IMG/VR virus record: IMGVR_UViG_3300007255_000004
Location: 1-33,672 of that record
Source: a virus
Lineage: Duplodnaviria > Caudoviricetes
Length of the DNA stretch: 33,672 nucleotides
Direction: 5' to 3' (one strand)
Under the pieces are notes generated by a model. It searched no databases. It was not told where the DNA came from and saw nothing but the letters and a program-made list of their open reading frames with translations. Position numbers and translations under genes: made by a program. This document shows, piece after piece, positions 1 to 7,141 of the stretch; within the stretch, counting starts at the first letter, position 1, and each line of letters begins with the position of its first letter.

Positions 1-943
1 CAGCGTGTGGAACAGCGTGTGGAACAGCGTGGGGAACAGCGTGGGGAACAGCGTGGGGAACAGCGTGGGGAACAGCGTGTGGAACAGCGTGGAGAACAGT
101 GTGTGGAACAGCGTGTGGAACAGCGTGTGGAACAGCGTAGGGAACAGCGTGGAGGACAGCGTGTGGAATAGCGTGTGGAACAGCGTGGGGACCAGCGTGT
201 GGAACAGCGTGGAGAACAGCGTGGGGACCAGCGTGGTGGGCAGCGTGAGGGACAGCGTGTGTAACAGCATGTGGAACAGCGTGGGGAACAGCGTGGGGAA
301 CAGCGTGGGGAACAGCGTGGAGAACAGCGTGGTGAGCAGCGTGAGGGACAGCAGGATGGACAGCATGGGGAACAGCGTGTGGAACAGCGTAATGAACAGC
401 GTGGGGAACAGCGTAGGAAACAGCGTGAGGGACAGCGTAGTGAACAGCGTGTGGACCAGAGTAAGGGACAGCGTGTGGAACAGCGTGTGGAACAGCGTGT
501 GGACCCGCGTGGTGAACAGCGTGTGGAACAGCGTGGTGAACAGCGTGTGGACCAGAGTAGGGGACAGCGTGTGGAACAGCATGTGGAACAGCGTGTGGAC
601 CCGCGTAGTGAACAGCGTGGAGAACAGCGTGGTGAACAGCGTGGGGAACAGCGTAGGAAACAGCGTGAGGGACAGCGTGGTGAACAGCGTGTGGACCAGC
701 ATGGAGAACAACGTGGAGAACAACGTGGAGAACAACGTGGGGAACAACGTAGGAAACAGCGTGAGGAACAGCGTGGGGACCAGAGTGTGGAGCCGCGTGA
801 GGAAAAGCGTGTGGACCAGCGTGGGAAACAGCATGGTGGACAGCGTGATGACCAGCGTGTGGAACAGCGTGATGACCAGCGTGGGAAACAGCGTATGGAC
901 CAGCGTGTGGACCAGCGTGGGGAACAGCGTGAGGAGCAGCGTG
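1..943 (+). repeat. 12-bp tandem repeat array 1 (consensus AACAGCGTGNNG), about 78 units, truncated at window start
   Basis: AACAGCGTG followed by a variable triplet (TGG/GGG/GAG/AGG/GTG/ATG) with continuous 12-bp period. Confidence 0.98.
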
Positions 944-958
944 TATGAACTACGGTAA
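5..958 (+). CDS. (N-S-V-x)n tetrapeptide-repeat protein 1, 5'-partial
   Basis: Frame open across the whole array. Variants AAT/AAC and GTA/GTG are synonymous in this frame, and AAT creates TAG in the EQR frame. The stop overlaps the start of the next gene. Confidence 0.7.
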   Translation: MWNSVWNSVGNSVGNSVGNSVGNSVWNSVENSVWNSVWNSVWNSVGNSVEDSVWNSVWNSVGTSVWNSVENSVGTSVVGSVRDSVCNSMWNSVGNSVGNSVGNSVENSVVSSVRDSRMDSMGNSVWNSVMNSVGNSVGNSVRDSVVNSVWTRVRDSVWNSVWNSVWTRVVNSVWNSVVNSVWTRVGDSVWNSMWNSVWTRVVNSVENSVVNSVGNSVGNSVRDSVVNSVWTSMENNVENNVENNVGNNVGNSVRNSVGTRVWSRVRKSVWTSVGNSMVDSVMTSVWNSVMTSVGNSVWTSVWTSVGNSVRSSVYELR

Positions 959-1169
959 GCTTTATAGCTTTTTGCTATTTCTACGTCTTATTGACAAAGA
1001 CCACGGCGAACTGTCGTTGACAGATATTGGTACCTACATAGTACTTATTAAACTAGTTCTGATTAGGCAGCCTACTATGGTCGACTTGACAGCATTGCTG
1101 GCTATGCTACTATCCAGGGGATATAGGCGATATGTGACTTCACAACCCGCGTCGGAAGACGTATACTAG
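945..1169 (+). CDS. small membrane protein (two hydrophobic segments, holin-like size)
   Basis: 74 aa. Hydrophobic stretches IGTYIVLIKLVLI and LTALLAMLL followed by a basic tail (RGYRRY). Packed between array 1 and the next gene. Confidence 0.6.
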   Translation: MNYGKLYSFLLFLRLIDKDHGELSLTDIGTYIVLIKLVLIRQPTMVDLTALLAMLLSRGYRRYVTSQPASEDVY

Positions 1170-1176
1170 GAGCAAC

Positions 1177-1506
1177 ATGAAAAAGCAAGCAAGGCAGTAT
1201 AGACAAGGCGATGTCTTCATTGTAGAAGTTCTCTCTATCCCAAAGCAGGTCAAGAATATTCCTCTGGAGAATGGCAAGATTGTTTTGGCGCACGGCGAAG
1301 CGACTGGCCATACGCATGCCATCGATGCTTCCAAGCTGGCCGTGTTCGTGGTGAACGAGCAGACGCAGGAGCGGTTCCTTCAGCTGAAAGGAATGGCGAC
1401 GCTTCGTCATGAAGAGCATTCTGAGATTCAGCTGCCAGCAGGCAATTGGCAAGTGATTAGGCAGCAGGAATATACGCCGCGGGCATGGCGAACGGTGGCG
1501 GATTGA
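1177..1506 (+). CDS. small His-motif beta protein, habitual gene neighbour of DUF6745 proteins
   Basis: AGGAG RBS. Motifs RQGDV, LAHGEATGHTH, LRHEEH, LPAGNWQVIRQQEY, V-A-D C-terminus, recognised from proteins encoded beside DUF6745. Confidence 0.8.
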   Translation: MKKQARQYRQGDVFIVEVLSIPKQVKNIPLENGKIVLAHGEATGHTHAIDASKLAVFVVNEQTQERFLQLKGMATLRHEEHSEIQLPAGNWQVIRQQEYTPRAWRTVAD

Positions 1507-2072
1507 GCAGCATAAAGACCGGCGTGAATAACAGCGTGGTGAACCGCGTGAGGGCCAGCGTGTAGGAACAGCGTGTAGGAACAGCGTGTAGGAACAGCGT
1601 GTAGGAACAGCGTGTAGGAACAGCGTGTAGGAACAGCGTGGAGGACAGCGTGGAGGACAGCGTGGAGGACAGCGTGGGGACCAGCGTGGGGACCAGCGTG
1701 GGGACCAGCGTGGGGACCAGCGTGGGGACCAGCGTGGGGAACAGCGTGGGGAACAGCGTGGGGAACAGCGTGGGGAACAGCGTGGGGAACAGCGTGGGGA
1801 ACAGCGTGTGGAACAGCGTGGAGAACAGCGTGTGGAACAGCGTGAGGAACAGCGTGTGGAACAGCATGAAGAACAGCATAAGGGATAGCGTGCAGAACAG
1901 CGTGTGGAACAGCGTGGAGAACAGCGTGAGGAACCGCGTGTGGAACAGCGTGGAGAATAGCGTGGAGAACAGCGTGGAGAACAGCGTGGAGAACAGCGTG
2001 GAGAACAGCGTGGAGAACAGCATGAGTTACAACATGAGGAATAGCGTAATAAACCACTTGGAGGTCAGATGA
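1503..2072 (+). pseudogene. (N-S-V-x)n tetrapeptide-repeat ORF 2, interrupted by six 13-bp units with in-frame TAG at 1563 and 1602; distal part 1638..2072 is open
   Basis: TTG at 1503 overlaps the upstream TGA (TTGA). 1503-1562 reads LSSIKTGVNNSVVNRVRASV in the same frame as 1638..2072. The end overlaps the DUF6745 start (ATGA). Confidence 0.6.
1530..2050 (+). repeat. 12-bp tandem repeat array 2, including a 6 x 13-bp block (GTGTAGGAACAGC) at 1560-1637
   Basis: Direct reading. Homogeneous runs of GTGGAGGACAGC, GTGGGGACCAGC, GTGGGGAACAGC and GTGGAGAACAGC. Confidence 0.97.
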
Positions 2073-2938
2073 AAATTACTGAATTGACGGAAGCACAAAA
2101 GGCGCGGTTCGGCGAATTTGTTGCTAAGTGGACGGCAATTGGGTTGGAGACAGCGCCGGCCAATCGTCCTGTTGCAGAAGCAGCAATAGAGCTTTGCTAC
2201 AGGCAGGCGAATCTAACGCCTCCGAAGAAGATTACTTGGTTTGATTCCCCTGCCGCAATGGTGCAGGTACGGGCGATGCAGGCGAAGATATCTGTTTCGG
2301 AGGCGCTGCGTGAGTGTATTTTCGGTCAGCACGACGCTGGTTGGTTGTCTTTCTACGACTACTTCCGTGACGTTTGCGGCCTAAAGACTGAGACCGAGCC
2401 GCTTAGTGGTTTATTTGAACTAGCGAAGCATGCCGGCTGGGCATTGCCGTTGGAGAACGAGTGTTTGATTTCAGACCGTCCGTGTCTTCTTAAGACAGAC
2501 GCAGCGGGAAGATTACATTCTCTTCAAGGACCCGCGTTAGAGTATCGAGATGGTTATAGCCTCTTTGTCGTTCATGGAGTTCGCGTACCTTTCGAGATTG
2601 TGCAGAGACCGGACTTGATTACGGTACAGCGGATTGAGGCAGAAGAGAACGGTGAGATTCGTAGGGTGATGCTAGACCTCTTTGGCTGGAAGAAGTACTT
2701 GGAGACTTCTGGTGCGGTTGAAGTCAACCGGGACGAGTTCGGCATTCTGTACAAGAAAGACATTAAGAACGATGAGCCATTGGTTATGGTGAAAGTCCTG
2801 AACTCAACACCAGAGCCAGACGGCAGTATCAAGAACTACTTCTTGCGTGTTCCGCCTGCTACGAAGACTGCAAAAGAGGGCGTAGCTTCGACATTTCATC
2901 GGACGCTGGCGGATTACAATCCCCTTAAAGAAACATGA
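2069..2938 (+). CDS. DUF6745 domain protein lacking the internal repeat segment
   Basis: GGAGG RBS. N-terminal TAPANRPVAEAAI..Y....L.PP..I.WFDSP, central GQHDAGWLSFYDYF, GRLHS..GPALEYRDG, C-terminal V.V.NSTPEPDG..K.YFLRVPP...TAKE.VA.TF....Y.P.KET. Confidence 0.85.
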   Translation: MKITELTEAQKARFGEFVAKWTAIGLETAPANRPVAEAAIELCYRQANLTPPKKITWFDSPAAMVQVRAMQAKISVSEALRECIFGQHDAGWLSFYDYFRDVCGLKTETEPLSGLFELAKHAGWALPLENECLISDRPCLLKTDAAGRLHSLQGPALEYRDGYSLFVVHGVRVPFEIVQRPDLITVQRIEAEENGEIRRVMLDLFGWKKYLETSGAVEVNRDEFGILYKKDIKNDEPLVMVKVLNSTPEPDGSIKNYFLRVPPATKTAKEGVASTFHRTLADYNPLKET

Positions 2939-3408
2939 ACAGCGTGGGGAACAGCGTGTGGAACAGCGTGTGGAACAGCGTGATGACCAGCGTGGGGGGT
3001 AGCGTGTGGAACAGCGTGGAGACCGGCGTAAGGACCAGCGTGGTGAACAGCGTGTGGAACAGCGTGGAGAACAACGTGTGGAACAGCATGTGGGGCAGCG
3101 TGGGGAATAGCATGGCGACCCGCGTAGAAAAGAGCGTGAAGAACCGCGTGAGGGACAGCGTGTGGGCCAGCGTGTGGGACCGCGTGAGGGACCGCGTGAG
3201 GGACAGCGTGTGGACCGGCGTGTGGGCCGGTGTGGGGAATAGCGTGGAGACCGGCGTAAAGACCAGCGTGGTGAACAGCGTGTGGAACAACGTGGGGAAT
3301 AGCGTGATGGACAGCGTGGAGGGCAGCGTGAGAAACAGCGTGATGGACAGCATGGGGAACAGCGTGTGGAACAGCGCTATTTCTGCAAAGCCTCTTCCCG
3401 AGAAATAA
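2935..3408 (+). CDS. (N-S-V-x)n tetrapeptide-repeat protein 3
   Basis: ATG overlaps the DUF6745 stop (ATGA). Frame open through about 36 repeat units. 3' end overlaps the convergent ClpP gene by 32 bp. Confidence 0.7.
   Translation: MNSVGNSVWNSVWNSVMTSVGGSVWNSVETGVRTSVVNSVWNSVENNVWNSMWGSVGNSMATRVEKSVKNRVRDSVWASVWDRVRDRVRDSVWTGVWAGVGNSVETGVKTSVVNSVWNNVGNSVMDSVEGSVRNSVMDSMGNSVWNSAISAKPLPEK
2938..3376 (+). repeat. 12-bp tandem repeat array 3 (most diverged of the three)
   Basis: Same AACAGCGTGNNG period with more substitutions (GAC CGC, ACC GGC, GCC AGC). Confidence 0.97.
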
Positions 3409-3973
3409 TTCGGTCTACCGCCCCAATCTGTACGGCCTCTTCAGCGCTGAACCAGTAGTCTTTATCAGTCGTACGTTTCTTGAGCTCTTCAAATGAGATA
3501 TTCAGCCTTGCTGCAATCCCCCGTAAGTATACATCGCTCAAGTCATGCATCATTTTTGAGGCTCGCTCAATGTCACTAGGCTTGCCTTCAAGCGTTGCTG
3601 AAACTTCATGGGCTAAGTATACAGACCCTGGTGTGGCTAGACGCGTGTCGCATACTTCTAGAAGATATAGACCCGCGCTCGCGGCCATCCCATCCACTAC
3701 GCACGTAATCTTCGTGCCTCCGAGTTGAACATGTCTCATCAAAGCTGCGAAGGCAAACATGGTTCTCAACTCACCACCTGGACTATCAAAATGCAGGACT
3801 ATCTCTGGGTCACGGTGCTCTCTGGCTTCCAGAAGACGTTGGGCAGCTGGGCCCAAGGACATAAAGGAAATGTCTACAATATCCAAGCCGCGTTGTGGGG
3901 GCAACTCATCAGCGAAGCAGCTGAACGGCATGAAAGCAAGAAGGGCGGAGAGTAGAACAACAGTCGTTTTCAT
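3377..3973 (-). CDS. ClpP/S14-family serine peptidase with N-terminal signal peptide
   Basis: FDSPGG, VVDGMAASAG (catalytic Ser), LAHE (catalytic His), DYWFSAEEAVQIGAVDRI. N-terminus MKTTVVLLSALLAFMPFSCFA resembles a Sec signal. Confidence 0.85.
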   Translation of the reverse strand: MKTTVVLLSALLAFMPFSCFADELPPQRGLDIVDISFMSLGPAAQRLLEAREHRDPEIVLHFDSPGGELRTMFAFAALMRHVQLGGTKITCVVDGMAASAGLYLLEVCDTRLATPGSVYLAHEVSATLEGKPSDIERASKMMHDLSDVYLRGIAARLNISFEELKKRTTDKDYWFSAEEAVQIGAVDRIISREEALQK

Positions 3974-4566
3974 CGATGGAGTGCAGCGTCGAAAGCAGCT
4001 TGGCGTTTCAGGACATCCGAAACGTAGTCACCGCCGGTAGTTAAAGCGTCGAGTCGTTGGACTAAGGAAGTTGGGTCTCCCGGCGTGGCGCGTAGGTCTC
4101 CCGGCGTGGCGCGTAGGTCTCCCGGCGTGGCGCGTAGGTCTCCCGGCGTGGCGCGTAGGTCTCCCGGCGTGGCGCGTAGTGCTCGGGTCAGCCCGGCGTT
4201 ATAGGCCGCAATAGCCACAGCCCAGCGTCCTACCGATAGATTGTAGTAGTGGCGGAGTAGCCAGCAGCCGTATAGAATGTTGAATGCAGGAGAGCGCCAG
4301 AGTGGAACTCCGTCGAAAAAAGCAGCATCAAGAAATCTTTGATGAGTTCTATCGTCGAGTTGCATTAGACCCCGACCATGTCCATTGTCACCTGTTCCTG
4401 TTGGCCCGGGAGGAAGAAGTGCTTCTCCCCCGCGGCTTTCCCGGTCGCAGATGGCTGCTAAGAGCGTGGGCGATACTCCGTAGACTAACCCGGCAGCCAT
4501 AAAGCTATCGGCCCATTGCGCCAGCCTACTAGGCAGTATTGATTTAAGATGTGCGGAATCGGCCAT
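3970..4566 (-). CDS. endolysin, SLT/goose-type lytic transglycosylase (probable start ATG 4566)
   Basis: LLAAICDRES (catalytic Glu), GRGLMQL and AIAAYNAG motifs. Lies downstream of a holin-like gene. Confidence 0.9.
   Translation of the reverse strand: MADSAHLKSILPSRLAQWADSFMAAGLVYGVSPTLLAAICDRESRGGEALLPPGPTGTGDNGHGRGLMQLDDRTHQRFLDAAFFDGVPLWRSPAFNILYGCWLLRHYYNLSVGRWAVAIAAYNAGLTRALRATPGDLRATPGDLRATPGDLRATPGDLRATPGDPTSLVQRLDALTTGGDYVSDVLKRQAAFDAALHR
4074..4178. repeat. 5 x 21-bp perfect tandem repeat inside endolysin (LRATPGD)n
   Basis: GGTCTCCCGGCGTGGCGCGTA x5. Confidence 0.97.
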
Positions 4567-4756
4567 TGGCGCTCCGGCGGGGTTTGTAGATAGAGCCGCG
4601 GAGTTCCGCGACGTTCTCAGTAAGCCTATCCAGCTTTGAATCATGGACTTTAAGTTTATCATCGATTTGTTTGATAGACCGTTTAGACAACCAGACTACG
4701 ACGGAGAGCGAGCCAGCTGTAATCAATCCATGCTGTAAAAAAGACCAGTCTATCAT
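4544..4756 (-). CDS. putative holin (single TM segment plus coiled coil)
   Basis: 70 aa. Hydrophobic GLITAGSLSVVVWL, then coiled coil and basic tail. Immediately upstream of the endolysin. Confidence 0.55.
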   Translation of the reverse strand: MIDWSFLQHGLITAGSLSVVVWLSKRSIKQIDDKLKVHDSKLDRLTENVAELRGSIYKPRRSANGRFRTS

Positions 4757-5871
4757 GGCACAAAACCGCCACTAGTGCCGCGGATAGGAAAACGGGACAT
4801 TGTTCCGGCATTTCTTCCCATATCGTGGTAGGATGAAATAATAGACGTGTTCGTTATCACATTTTGGCTGTAATCAATGAACACCGCACCCGGTGACGTT
4901 TGGTCGTAGACATTGCCTAGTGATGCAATACTTCCAAATGTGGGGTCTGTTTGAATCATGGGAGTGGCTGTTGGGCCCATAAAGAACTGATTGGCTGTTA
5001 GGTTAATGGCCCCATAGTGGTCGACTACGACCGCTGCGCCCGTGGGAGATTGTCCATTAAATTGATTCCCTGCGAGATAGATGCAGCCCGGGTTGTTAGA
5101 ACTTCCGCCAACACCGGTTACAAACCTAGCATTATCAAAGTTTGTTTCTGCTTGACACCCTGTTATAGCAAGCGTTCCGGTCCCATTACGAATACAAGCG
5201 ATTTTGATGTTGCTGAAAATGACTCCATCCACACGAATTCGGCCGCTGTTGATAAGTCCGTCTATGCCGTAGTCGCAACCATTCATGCTACCGCCCCAAA
5301 ATGAGGCATCTTTTTGATTTCCAGGATTGCCTAAAAAGACAAAGCATGCCCCAGAATTGATGAAGGCCGTTGAGGTACCAAACTCACAGTTAACGAAACT
5401 GAGCTCTGATACTTGAAATGATTCGCTTGTGTTTCCTACGGCGACTCCGGCAGAACCCAAGCCAGACCATCCCTCAATGGTACATCTATTAAAGACTAAA
5501 TTCGAAGACCCAGACCCTCCCGCAGCTTGATTGCTTTGGAGATGAAGCACATACAATGGTTGGTTGCGGCCTTCAAAATGAACATTCTCAAATGTCGAGG
5601 TATTCATTCCGTGGGCATTAAATAGCGTTTGGCCGGCAGGGCCTAACCAAATCAAGCGCGATTCTTTACTAGAATGTCCTCGTAGCTGTAAACTGATGCT
5701 GTTAGTTCCAGTGTAGTTGAGAGGGGCTGTAATCTTGTAACGACCTTCGGGAATTTCAATAATACCGGATTGATGAGCCAGGAGGTCTAACGCTTGTTGA
5801 AAAGCTGCTGTATCGTCTGTAACTTCATCCCCCTTGGCTTGAAAAGGCATGGTACGAATATTTAGCTGCAT
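4753..5871 (-). CDS. tailspike / pectate-lyase-like beta-helix protein
   Basis: AKGDEVTDDTAAFQQAL...IPEGRYKITAPL entry motif typical of the Pectate_lyase_3 family. N/G/S-rich beta-helix composition. Confidence 0.8.
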   Translation of the reverse strand: MQLNIRTMPFQAKGDEVTDDTAAFQQALDLLAHQSGIIEIPEGRYKITAPLNYTGTNSISLQLRGHSSKESRLIWLGPAGQTLFNAHGMNTSTFENVHFEGRNQPLYVLHLQSNQAAGGSGSSNLVFNRCTIEGWSGLGSAGVAVGNTSESFQVSELSFVNCEFGTSTAFINSGACFVFLGNPGNQKDASFWGGSMNGCDYGIDGLINSGRIRVDGVIFSNIKIACIRNGTGTLAITGCQAETNFDNARFVTGVGGSSNNPGCIYLAGNQFNGQSPTGAAVVVDHYGAINLTANQFFMGPTATPMIQTDPTFGSIASLGNVYDQTSPGAVFIDYSQNVITNTSIISSYHDMGRNAGTMSRFPIRGTSGGFVP

Positions 5872-5881
5872 GGGGACAAGT

Positions 5882-6667
5882 CTATGAGTTGAAAATGATG
5901 AAACTAAAAGTCAACGCACCCGTGGTTACTGTCGCTGCTCCGGTTGCATTAACACTAGTAACAGTGAATGAGCCCGCCCCTGGAGTCACCACTAAATCAG
6001 CCACTCCAACGCCAGTAGTTTCACATTGAACAAAAATAATCGTTGTGGCTGCAACTAAAGTGTTAGTAACGACACACGCGCTAGCAGCATTGGCAATAGC
6101 GGCGCGTCCGGTAACACGACTAATGGTCGTATTTCCAGGTGTCCCTGAATTGTTAAGATATTGATTAGTTCGCCAAGTCAGTTCTCCATTTCGGTCGACC
6201 GATACGGCTTCCGTAATATTATTTTGTAACTGAAGAAGTCTGGACCCTGCGTTCGCTAGCGTATTCTGGCTATTGACTATTAAGCCGATTGCCGTCGCAC
6301 CGTCGGTGACCTGGCTATTGATTGCTGTAGCCGCACTGTTGCCTCCTATAAAGAACAGGTTTCCAGACCCGCTATCTCGCAGTGCAATAGCGGCACCAGC
6401 CCCGGTTTCTAGCCGTATCGTATTGCCGCTGAAATCTAACCCAAACACATTGCCAGTCGAACCGTTTATGCCTAGGGTTCCACTTGAAACCACGTGATTT
6501 AACGCGGTCAGCGTGAGAGTGCTAGCGCCAGCGTTGACACCTGGACTGAATAATGTTGTCCAGCGAAGAGTAGATGTCCCAATTGTCTGGCCGTTGTTGT
6601 CTGCGCCTGGATTTAGGTTACCGCTAAACAGCGTGCCGGTAAAACTACTGCCAAAAGGTTGAATCAT
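5882..6667 (-). CDS. tail fibre-like virion protein
   Basis: G/T/A/N-rich beta composition, IGTSTLRWTTLF segment, C-terminal AGSFTVT...FSFIIFN. Located in the tail module. Confidence 0.6.
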   Translation of the reverse strand: MIQPFGSSFTGTLFSGNLNPGADNNGQTIGTSTLRWTTLFSPGVNAGASTLTLTALNHVVSSGTLGINGSTGNVFGLDFSGNTIRLETGAGAAIALRDSGSGNLFFIGGNSAATAINSQVTDGATAIGLIVNSQNTLANAGSRLLQLQNNITEAVSVDRNGELTWRTNQYLNNSGTPGNTTISRVTGRAAIANAASACVVTNTLVAATTIIFVQCETTGVGVADLVVTPGAGSFTVTSVNATGAATVTTGALTFSFIIFNS

Positions 6668-6673
6668 AGCTGC

Positions 6674-7141
6674 CTAGGGGGAGAATTGAGTAGTATAACC
6701 GTCTATTCGAATCAGAACGTCCGTCCCGCCCGAAACAGCAAGACCATTTGCAGCAAAGAGAACCCGGCCGCCGGAGTGCGCAGGCAATCGCATAGGGGGC
6801 CAGGTTCGTGTTTGACGGGCAGTCGTTCCACCCGGCCCTGGCCAGTTAACGTTCAAGTCGGCTTCTGGTTCCCGCATCCAAACAGCCAAGGCATCGTGAT
6901 AGACCCAACAGTCCAGCGACCCCCCCGCCGTAATCGTCTGGCCAGAGTTGGCCTGAAGCGTAACGGTCACTACTTGTAGATTCGCGAGTCGAAGGCCGTC
7001 ACTGTATTGCGTAGTGCCGGCGCCCGGGTCGATAAGATACTTCCCTGAATCATTTGGTGGAGATGAGACAGCTGCAGGTACAGCTGGAACGCGGGTAAGA
7101 GCGCTTCTTTCGATAATAAATCTATCCGCTGAGGAAGCCAT
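6674..7141 (-). CDS. hypothetical virion-associated beta protein
   Basis: 155 aa. GGAGG RBS; start abuts the upstream stop. Beta-strand composition. Confidence 0.6.
   Translation of the reverse strand: MASSADRFIIERSALTRVPAVPAAVSSPPNDSGKYLIDPGAGTTQYSDGLRLANLQVVTVTLQANSGQTITAGGSLDCWVYHDALAVWMREPEADLNVNWPGPGGTTARQTRTWPPMRLPAHSGGRVLFAANGLAVSGGTDVLIRIDGYTTQFSP

Noticed and set aside
271-948. Alternative-frame (EQRG/EQRV)n ORF ending in an ATGA overlap with 945
   Set aside because: This frame has stops earlier in array 1 and in arrays 2 and 3, caused by changes that are silent or conservative in the NSV frame. It is probably a shadow, though dual coding is not strictly excluded.
2915-2945. Programmed -1 frameshift fusing DUF6745 to repeat ORF3
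   Set aside because: No canonical X XXY YYZ slippery heptamer before the stop. The ATGA overlap is explained by ordinary coupling.
1428-3353. Antisense ORFs (HAV)n and (TLF)n over arrays 2 and 3
   Set aside because: The reverse complement of the unit lacks stop codons, so long ORFs are expected by default. No RBS or coupling is visible.
1-3376. 12-bp arrays as a CRISPR or mini-CRISPR array
   Set aside because: The constant part is 9 bp and the variable part 3 bp, with no unique spacers and no cas genes. Variation follows codon structure.
1-3408. Diversity-generating retroelement acting on the arrays
   Set aside because: No reverse transcriptase in the window and no TR/VR pair with adenine-specific differences.
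3377-3973. ClpP as the prohead maturation protease
   Set aside because: Far from the head genes, has a signal-like N-terminus, and a separate scaffold gene exists.
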